The notes under the pieces were generated by a model. It was given only the letters and a program-made list of their open reading frames with translations, was not told the origin of the DNA and searched no databases. From an uncultured Alphaproteobacteria bacterium (GTDB taxonomy: Bacteria > Pseudomonadota > Alphaproteobacteria > Rhizobiales > Xanthobacteraceae), in contig CAWGJP010000002.1 of the NCBI GenBank assembly GCA_963822935.1, positions 119,381 to 183,380 on the forward strand: 64,000 bases of DNA, given 5' to 3'. Position 1 is the stretch's first letter. The number at the start of each line of letters is the position of its first letter. Made by a program: the position numbers and the translations under genes. Positions 57,184-64,000 of this stretch are shown here, in pieces.

Positions 57184-59670
57184 TCAGTACTTCGCTGAAA
57201 GCTCCATGCCGAGCACGCGGCCGGGCGCGACCAGAACGAACGGCGCGCCGCTTTGGTACATCGCGTCATAATAGAGCTTGTTGAAGATGTTGTTGGCGAA
57301 CAGCTTCCATTTCAGATTCGCCGTGACCTTGCCTTCGAGAAAACCGTCGAACCGCCAATAGCTCGGTAGCTCGGTGCCTTGATTGGCTGCGAGCAAAGTG
57401 CCGCCATAGATTTTGGAGCGGTAGGTCGCCTGGCCGCCGACCTCGACGTCGTAAGGCAGAAACGACGTCGGCAGCTTGTACTTGCTCAGCACGTTGAAGG
57501 ATTGATCGGCGACGAAGGCGAGCGGCAGGCCGATGTTCGACGGTACCGCCGAATGATCGACGCGGGTCTTCATCAGTACGAGGCCGCTGTAGACGCTCCA
57601 GCGATCGGTGATGTTGCCTTGGGCGCCGAGGTCGAGGCCCTGAACGTGATAGGCCGCGCCCGCCGTGATGGTCCCGGTCGTCGATGAGCCGACGAGTTCC
57701 CGGGCGTTGCTGACGTCGGTGCGAAACAGCGCTGCGGTGGCCAGCAAGTGGCCGCCGAACAGTTCCCACTTGTTGCCGACTTCCTGGGCCCGGCTTTCGA
57801 TCGGACCGAAAATCTGCGTGAGCGGAGACGTCGGATTGAGGCCGCCATAATTGGTCGAAGTGCCGTCGAGCTCCGAGCCGACCGGGTCGGAGCCGGTACC
57901 ATAGGCCCAATACAGGCTGGTGATGGGAATGGGCTTGTAGACGGCGCCGAGATTGTAATTCCACAGGCCCGAGGCGGCGGAAATCTCGGCGCCGCTCTTT
58001 TTGGCTGCGACGTTGTATTGATCGAAACGCACCCCGCCGTTCAAAATGATGAAGTCGCGGTAGTTGGCTGTTTCCAGCACATAGCCGCTCTTGGTCGCGA
58101 CCGGAATGACCGTTGGATTGCCGGTGAGCGTCGGCGACGTGCCGAAGTAGAGATTGTTCGGCGGATTAAGCACCGAGACCGGGCCGTAGCTGCCGGTGCC
58201 GTTGAAGGCGCCGGGACCAACCGCCTCAGATGCGAGCCCATTATAGCTATCGATAGAGACCTTCTCATAGTCGATCTCTGCGCCGGTTACGACCGTGTTT
58301 TTGACCGGGCCGGTGGCAAACTTGATCGTAGCCGAACTTTGGTCCGCCTGGACGGTCGTCACCTGATAGCGGCTAACCGGATTGAGGCAGACCGTCCAAT
58401 TGGCCGGGTTCGATCCGGCAAGCGTCGTCGCGGTGCCGTTACACGAGGTGCTTTGCTCCGGGATCGTCCCGACATAGTTCAAGATCGATTGTTCATCCCT
58501 GATCTTGTTATTGAGCGTGATAAAGTCGTTGACGATGTATTCGCTGTCGACCGTGCCGAAATCTTGCTGCACCTTCTGGAAATCGCGATTGTCGAAGCCA
58601 TAATAGGTATCGCGTGGAACGCCCAGAGACGTGACCGGCGCGCCTTCGATATTGTTGTATGGCACGCCGAAATCCGGCAGCGACCAGAGATTGGTGTGAA
58701 CGTAATTTGCCGTGACCTTGAAGGAATCGTTCGGCGTCCATTTGATCGCCGCCAGCGCGCCGCCGCGGTCGTCATAAGTATCGTAGCGCTCCGCGACATT
58801 GGCATTCTGCCACATGCCGTCGAGACGGATGGCAAGCGTCGGATTGATCACCTGGTTGACGTCGAAGGTCACCCGCCGTGTGCCGTCGCCGGCGAGCGTC
58901 GTCTCCGCGTTGTAGAAGTTCTTGTCAGCTGCCTGCTTGGTGACGATGTTCAGCGCGCCGCCGGTGGTGCCGCGACCGTCGATGGTCGCGGATGGGCCCT
59001 TGAGAATCTCGATCTGCTCGGTGAAGAAATTTTCGCGCACGCTGACGGCGGGATCGCGGATGCCATCGAGAAACACATCGTTACGCGCATCGAAGCCGCG
59101 AATGAAGAAGCGATCGCCGAAGGCATTGCCGCCCTCGCCGGTGCCGAGCGTTACGCCGGCCGTCGTGCGCGCGACCTCCTTGAGGCTGGTGGCATCTTTG
59201 TCGTCGAGCAGTTCCTTGGTCAGGACCGTGATGCTCTTCGGCGTATTGACGATCGGCTCGCTGAATTTGGGGGACGCCAGCCGGTCTGCCTTGTAGGGCG
59301 CGGCCGGATCGGCATAGGGATCGCGGTCGGGCGAAACGGCGGCGGCGGCGGATGCCGCGGCCTGTTGCGTTTCGGCATTCTGCTTGGCTCGCGCCGCGCG
59401 ACGCAACGCCGCGCGCACGCGCAACTGCTCGGCATTGGGCTTGGCCACCGCCGGCTTCTTGCGGGCGACCGGAGCGTCGACGGTGACCGGCGGCAGCAGC
59501 GAGTCCTGCGCCTTCGCCGCCGAAATCGATGCGACGGCGATCAAACATCCGACGGTGACTTTCTTGGAGGATGCTCCGTCGCGCGGGCCGGGACAGAAAA
59601 TGTCCGTCGCCAGGGAGCGACCAAAAGATCGACCCACGAATGGGCCCGACACCCCACTGGCTTCAGTCAT
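57184..59670 (-). CDS. TonB-dependent (catecholate-type, Fiu/PiuA-like) siderophore receptor
   Basis: Signal peptide, plug ([11 protein letters not shown]...[16 protein letters not shown]), a long beta-barrel and a C-terminal ...ELSAKY. The start is uncertain (ATG at 59670 preferred). Confidence 0.9.
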   Translation of the reverse strand: MTEASGVSGPFVGRSFGRSLATDIFCPGPRDGASSKKVTVGCLIAVASISAAKAQDSLLPPVTVDAPVARKKPAVAKPNAEQLRVRAALRRAARAKQNAETQQAAASAAAAVSPDRDPYADPAAPYKADRLASPKFSEPIVNTPKSITVLTKELLDDKDATSLKEVARTTAGVTLGTGEGGNAFGDRFFIRGFDARNDVFLDGIRDPAVSVRENFFTEQIEILKGPSATIDGRGTTGGALNIVTKQAADKNFYNAETTLAGDGTRRVTFDVNQVINPTLAIRLDGMWQNANVAERYDTYDDRGGALAAIKWTPNDSFKVTANYVHTNLWSLPDFGVPYNNIEGAPVTSLGVPRDTYYGFDNRDFQKVQQDFGTVDSEYIVNDFITLNNKIRDEQSILNYVGTIPEQSTSCNGTATTLAGSNPANWTVCLNPVSRYQVTTVQADQSSATIKFATGPVKNTVVTGAEIDYEKVSIDSYNGLASEAVGPGAFNGTGSYGPVSVLNPPNNLYFGTSPTLTGNPTVIPVATKSGYVLETANYRDFIILNGGVRFDQYNVAAKKSGAEISAASGLWNYNLGAVYKPIPITSLYWAYGTGSDPVGSELDGTSTNYGGLNPTSPLTQIFGPIESRAQEVGNKWELFGGHLLATAALFRTDVSNARELVGSSTTGTITAGAAYHVQGLDLGAQGNITDRWSVYSGLVLMKTRVDHSAVPSNIGLPLAFVADQSFNVLSKYKLPTSFLPYDVEVGGQATYRSKIYGGTLLAANQGTELPSYWRFDGFLEGKVTANLKWKLFANNIFNKLYYDAMYQSGAPFVLVAPGRVLGMELSAKY

Positions 59671-59780
59671 GACGCCCCCGCTTTCACGCACCCGGCTTTG
59701 CTGCCGGACGATCATTGCGGGTTGTTTTAGGGTGCGAATTGGGATGGGGTCAATAAAATATAATAAAATCAATAACTTAA

Positions 59781-59797
59781 ACTAGAATAATTCGAAA
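59781..59797. promoter_or_regulatory. candidate Irr iron control element (ICE)
   Basis: On the gene strand it reads TTTCGAA-TTA-TTCTAGT, against the TTTAGAA-N3-TTCTAAA consensus as I recall it (11 of 14 positions). It lies about 110 nt upstream of the receptor start in an AT-rich patch. Confidence 0.35.
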
Positions 59798-60063
59798 CTG
59801 AGCTGACGCAACACGGCGAGCACCAATCCAACATGCGGTTGAACGCGCAGATCGCAATCGTTCCAACGTCTAGCGGAAGCGTTTGACGCGACGGCCGGTT
59901 TCGGTTCACGTCAAGCTGGCAACGTATGCGCGTTCTGCTCGCATCCATCGGAAAGCGACCATCGCGCGCTGCTTTGCGGAATGGCCGCATAGCTGTCTCT
60001 CTCAGAAAGCATGGCGCGGTCGCAATAGAGCCGCGGCTGCAGCGCTCTGAAGCCGCCGCCTGT

Positions 60064-60321
60064 TTATCCTAGGTCATCATCCGTCAGTTCGCTCGGCGGT
60101 TTCATCAGCGAGAATAATTCGTCGACGGTGCGCGAGGCGATCGCGCGCACGCGCTCGTTATCGAGCGAGCCGGCGATCCTGATTCGTTTCACAACCGCAT
60201 GGATTTCATCCCGAAACTCCGAGAGAAACCGCAGCGGATCTTTGGAGTCGTTTGCCACGCGCGCGATCAGCCCCGTGACCAGGATCTGACAGGCGATCAT
60301 CCGTCCATTCAACTCTTCCAT
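60064..60321 (-). CDS. hypothetical protein (85 aa)
   Basis: The only ORF of credible composition in a locally less GC-rich pocket. No recognised motif. Confidence 0.45.
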   Translation of the reverse strand: MEELNGRMIACQILVTGLIARVANDSKDPLRFLSEFRDEIHAVVKRIRIAGSLDNERVRAIASRTVDELFSLMKPPSELTDDDLG

Positions 60322-60456
60322 GGCTAACTTCTTCTGCTCGCAGGGTCACGCGCATTGCAGTCGCCGCGCACTTGCGTGCTAACAAAAAGACGGCCGAAAG
60401 TCTCGTCCGATATGACGCGGACCGCTCGAATTTAATTGTTCTAATGCAAAAGACGC

Positions 60457-62145
60457 TCATGCGCCGTCGCGCAGCATTTGATCGGCGATCTTTTCCGCCA
60501 CCATGATGGTCGGAATGTTGGTGTTGCCGCGCGGAATGGTCGGCATGATGGAGGCGTCGACAACCCGCAAGGCGGCAATGTCGTGCACGCGGCCCGCCGG
60601 GTCGGTCACCGCGTTGCGATCTTCCGCCGCACCCATGCGGCAGGTGCCGACGGGATGGAAGGTGCCGGCGACATTGTCGCGGATATGATCGGCCAGCGCG
60701 TCGTCATCCTCCACCAATTTGGCGAGATCGACCCGGCGGTCGGCGAGCGTCGCGAAAATCGGCTTGGCCAGCGGCGGTACCGCGTCGATCAGCGCGGCGA
60801 CCAACGCGCTCTTGATCTGATTGCCGGGCGCAATCCGATTGAGCCGCCGCAGGCGGTCGTTGAATTTCACCGGGAACGTCAGCCGCGTCATCGCCCGCAC
60901 GGCGTCATGCGCCAGAATATCGACGCAGCGGCGGAAGCCATGCATGAAGCGCTTTAAGTCGAGGTCGTGGCCGGCAAAATTGAACTCGACCAGCGGATAA
61001 GTCGCCGGATCGGCGGCGGTCAGCGTCACGCGGCCGCGCGCCATCGGCTTGAGCAGCGATGGCGCCAGGTTGGCGACTCGGTGCCCGAGCGGGCTCCATG
61101 ACGTCTTGCACTGGACATTGAGATACATGTCGAGCGGCGGCGCGCCGGGCAGGTTGGAGGAGTAACGGAAACACGTCATCGGATGCGGCCGGATTTTCGC
61201 CGCTTGCCGCATGCCGCGTTTTTGCAACAGCCCGATGAACAGGATGGCGTGGTTGGACAGATTTTCGCCGACGCCGGGCTTGTCCGCCCGCACCGCGATG
61301 CCGTGGGCCTGCAACGCTGCCGCCGGCCCGATGCCCGCCCGCATCAGAAACGCCGGCGAATGAATGCCGCCGAGTGAAATGACGATCTGGCGGCCGAGAA
61401 ACTCCTGTCGTTCGCCATTGATCGTTGCGCTCACGCCTGCCGCCCGGGCGCCGTCGAACAACGGCCCGGTGACCATCGCGCGCGTTATGATTTTGAGATT
61501 TGGCCGGCGGCGGACATCCGAGGTGAGATAACAGATCGGGGCGGATCGACGCTCCGTCCAGGTATTGCTCATCGGCACCGAACCATAGCCGTCGCGGAAA
61601 TCCGCGTTCATATCGGCGATGAAGGGAATCTGGCGTTCTTCGGCGTAGGCATGGACCGCCTTGGCCAGCGGCGCCCAATCCGCCGCCTTGGTCCGGCGGA
61701 TCGGCACCGGGCCGTCTTTGCCGTGCAGCGCGCCGTCAAAATCCTGATCGCTTTCGAGCTTGCGGTAATAGGGCAGCACGTCTTCCCAGCCCCATCCCAC
61801 GGCGCCGGCGCTCTCCCATTCGGCGTAGTCGTCGGGCGTGCCGCGATAGGCGACCATGCCCATCACCGAGGAGCCACCGCCCATGACGCGGCCCTGCGAA
61901 TAGCCGGTCAGCGGCGAATTGTCTTGGCGCCGCCAATGAACCTTCAGCGCCGGCCAGAAATAGGCATCGTTGTAATAAGAGCGCGGATAGGAATCGAGAA
62001 CATCTGTAGGCTCCGCTCCCGGCACCGTGTCCGCACCCGCCTCGAGCAGGAGCACGCGATTGGCGGAGCGCGCCGACAGCCGGTTTGCCAGCACGCAACC
62101 TGCGGCACCGGCGCCGACGATGATAACGTCGAAAATTTCCGTCAT
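60457..62145 (-). CDS. GMC family oxidoreductase
   Basis: ATG at 62145. FDVIIVGAGAAGCVLANRLS, GGGSSVMGMVAY and a C-terminal HPVGTCRMG. Confidence 0.85.
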   Translation of the reverse strand: MTEIFDVIIVGAGAAGCVLANRLSARSANRVLLLEAGADTVPGAEPTDVLDSYPRSYYNDAYFWPALKVHWRRQDNSPLTGYSQGRVMGGGSSVMGMVAYRGTPDDYAEWESAGAVGWGWEDVLPYYRKLESDQDFDGALHGKDGPVPIRRTKAADWAPLAKAVHAYAEERQIPFIADMNADFRDGYGSVPMSNTWTERRSAPICYLTSDVRRRPNLKIITRAMVTGPLFDGARAAGVSATINGERQEFLGRQIVISLGGIHSPAFLMRAGIGPAAALQAHGIAVRADKPGVGENLSNHAILFIGLLQKRGMRQAAKIRPHPMTCFRYSSNLPGAPPLDMYLNVQCKTSWSPLGHRVANLAPSLLKPMARGRVTLTAADPATYPLVEFNFAGHDLDLKRFMHGFRRCVDILAHDAVRAMTRLTFPVKFNDRLRRLNRIAPGNQIKSALVAALIDAVPPLAKPIFATLADRRVDLAKLVEDDDALADHIRDNVAGTFHPVGTCRMGAAEDRNAVTDPAGRVHDIAALRVVDASIMPTIPRGNTNIPTIMVAEKIADQMLRDGA

Positions 62146-62296
62146 TTCAATTTCCGCAAGGTCGTGGGGTCGGCGTCCCGCAGAACTGCCCGTGCAGGGG
62201 CGAGCGCCTTCGATTGAACATTGCCGCGGCATGCTTTACTGGATCGACAGCCGGCGCAAGACGCACCGGTGGTAGTCCCGAAGTCGGGTTCCGGCC

Positions 62297-63232
62297 ATGT
62301 CCAACACAGCATCCAACACAGCGGCATCGAAGACACTTCACGGCGTCATTGCCGCCATCGCAACCGCGGTCGGCAAAGACGGCGAGCCGGACTCCGGGCG
62401 TTGCATCGCACTGGCGCGCTTTCTGCTTGAGACCGGCTGCGATGGGCTCAACGTGCTCGGCACCACCGGAGAAGCGACCTCGTTTTCGCTGGATCAGCGC
62501 CGGCGGGTGATGACCGATTATGCCGAGGCCGCCCTGCCACTCGACCGCATGATGGTCGGGACCGGAGCCGCCGCTGTCGCGGACGCGATAGCGTTGACGA
62601 AGCATGCCGCCGAACTGGGCTTCGCCGGTGCCCTGGTGCTGCCGCCGTTCTATTACAAAGGCGTCCACGACGACGGCCTCGTCGCCTATATCGATGCAAT
62701 TGTGACGGCGACCGCGGCGCGGCCGATCCCGCTCTATCTCTATCATTTCCCGGCGCAGTCGGGCCTGCACTGGCACGTCGGGTTGATCCACCGCCTGCTT
62801 GATACGTTCGGCGAGCGGATCGTCGGCCTTAAAGATTCCTCCGGCGACATGGCTTACGCTCGCGAAGCCGCAAGCATCCTGCCGCGATTCAAGGTTTTTC
62901 CGTCGACCGAAGCGGCCTTGCCGGAAGCGCGATCCGGCCCCTTCGCCGGCTGCATCTCGGCGACCGCCAATCTCAATGCCGACCTTTGCGCCCGGGCCTA
63001 TCGCTCGGGCGACGCCGCGGCCCTTGGCGAGGCGGTCGCCATCCGCAGACTATTCGACGGCAAGCCACTGGTTCCCGGCGTCAAGGCGCTGCTCGCCCAC
63101 ATCCACGGCGACGGCCACTGGGCGCGCGTCGAACCGCCGCTTTCGGTGTTTCCGGCGACCGACCGCGCCGCCGTGATCGCCGGCTATGATGCGGTGCGGG
63201 CCAAACGCGTTGCCTTGGCGGGAACGCCTTGA
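62297..63232 (+). CDS. dihydrodipicolinate synthase/N-acetylneuraminate lyase family protein
   Basis: GLNVLGTTGEATSFS, PPFYYK and GLKDSSGD (Schiff-base Lys region). Confidence 0.85.
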   Translation: MSNTASNTAASKTLHGVIAAIATAVGKDGEPDSGRCIALARFLLETGCDGLNVLGTTGEATSFSLDQRRRVMTDYAEAALPLDRMMVGTGAAAVADAIALTKHAAELGFAGALVLPPFYYKGVHDDGLVAYIDAIVTATAARPIPLYLYHFPAQSGLHWHVGLIHRLLDTFGERIVGLKDSSGDMAYAREAASILPRFKVFPSTEAALPEARSGPFAGCISATANLNADLCARAYRSGDAAALGEAVAIRRLFDGKPLVPGVKALLAHIHGDGHWARVEPPLSVFPATDRAAVIAGYDAVRAKRVALAGTP

Positions 63233-63286
63233 TTCCACCGCGACGTTCGATTGCGTCATAGATTCCGCCGATAATGCCCTGCGGCG

Positions 63287-63315
63287 TTGACGCTGCGGCC
63301 GGGTGCCCCTATAAG
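63287..63315 (+). promoter_or_regulatory. sigma-70-like promoter for rpsT
   Basis: TTGACG, a 17-nt spacer, then TATAAG, about 40 nt upstream of the rpsT ATG. Confidence 0.4.
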
Positions 63316-63353
63316 CCCCGATCTCACTCACAAAAGTGTATAGACGACCGTCC

Positions 63354-63623
63354 ATGGCCAACACCAAGTCCGCCAAAAAGGCTGCCCGTCAGATCGCGCG
63401 CCGCACCGTCATCAATAAATCGCGGCGTTCGCACGTCCGTTCGGCCGTGCGCAAGATCGAAGAGGCACTTACGGCCGGCGACCGTTCCGGCGCGCTCGCC
63501 GCCATGGTAGAGGCCGAGCCGGCGCTGATCCGCGCCGCGCAGAAGGGCATAGTGCACCGCAATGCGGCGCGCCGCAAAGTCTCGCGCCTTGCCCAACGCA
63601 TTGCCAAGCTCGAGAAAAAATAA
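63354..63623 (+). CDS. rpsT: 30S ribosomal protein S20
   Basis: [39 protein letters not shown], 89 aa. Confidence 0.95.
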   Translation: MANTKSAKKAARQIARRTVINKSRRSHVRSAVRKIEEALTAGDRSGALAAMVEAEPALIRAAQKGIVHRNAARRKVSRLAQRIAKLEKK

Positions 63624-64000
63624 TCCTCCGCGGCGTTGCTGCCGAAGTTTTCGATTTCGCGTGGAATCCATCTGTGGATTGCCATGCCGCTGTTGCATTA
63701 TTGTCACGTCAGACCACAAAGATCGCTGCTAAGGTATTCTTGGTCGTTCGCCGCACTGCGAACTGCCCATTTTTTATTTGTTCAAGTCACGTCGAGCGGC
63801 GGCTACCCCAAAAAACTGTCCAGAAGAATTGATGGCCTATGAAAGACTTATTCGACACACGGGCAATGGGACTTGGAGTCGGCGCGATTCCGACCATGCC
63901 CGATATTATTTGCTCGCGACACCAGTCGGAAACATGACAGACCGGCTAGTGCGAGCAGCCGAGGCTAAATCATCCCATTGAGTCAATGATTTGTCGGCGC

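Noticed and set aside
57748-59730. 660-aa plus-strand ORF
   Set aside because: It is antisense to the TonB-dependent receptor, which has clear plug and barrel motifs. The composition is artefactual.
59769-59990. 73-aa minus-strand ORF upstream of the TonB-dependent receptor
   Set aside because: It spans the AT-rich promoter patch and has a Cys/Ser/Arg-rich composition with no SD. It does not resemble HemP/HmuP.
63636-63981. Track ORFs of 68 and 67 aa downstream of rpsT
   Set aside because: They have no SD and an odd composition (Cys/His/Trp-rich or random-looking). The region is better explained as non-coding AT-rich DNA.

Overview
GC-rich (by eye) alphaproteobacterial chromosome segment, probably Hyphomicrobiales (Nitrobacteraceae-like). 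Supporting signs: class I lysyl-tRNA synthetase, homospermidine synthase, phaR-phaA-phaB, rpmF and rpsT, and REP-type GC hairpins that translate in spurious frames as ..DKPGHD.., ..ARPGMT.. and ..GEGREG... I call about 60 protein genes and one tRNA-Gly(CCC). I saw no rRNA, CRISPR array, transposase, integrase or prophage genes. Most of the window is core or metabolic: ABC exporter, aldo/keto reductase, MaeB, two GMC oxidoreductases, MtgA, a PAS-GGDEF-EAL protein, PHB genes, GloB, GST, PyrD, SCO1, an MCP and a fused indolepyruvate:ferredoxin oxidoreductase next to an ABC importer with two tandem binding proteins. It also holds an odc-GNAT-hss polyamine operon, a mixed decarboxylase/aldolase/cupin/CoxM/amidohydrolase/Rieske cluster and a Fiu-type TonB receptor-PiuC-TonB operon. 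The best candidate for something undescribed is a translationally coupled two-gene cassette at 17078-18583: a 144-aa soluble protein plus a 355-aa four-TM protein, with no motif I recognise, sitting between housekeeping genes. Other points worth checking are a 618-bp leader upstream of the ornithine decarboxylase operon with an SD-sequestering hairpin (possible speF-type element), an Irr ICE-like box upstream of the TonB-dependent receptor, a GT2 polysaccharide synthase with a T2SS-E N-terminal-like domain, a cNMP-binding TrxR-like protein lacking CxxC, an orphan CoxM-like FAD subunit, and an AT-rich region after rpsT that may be the dnaA upstream region. All family assignments come from reading the translations; no database search was run. 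Many long ORFs in the track are antisense artefacts of high GC content.
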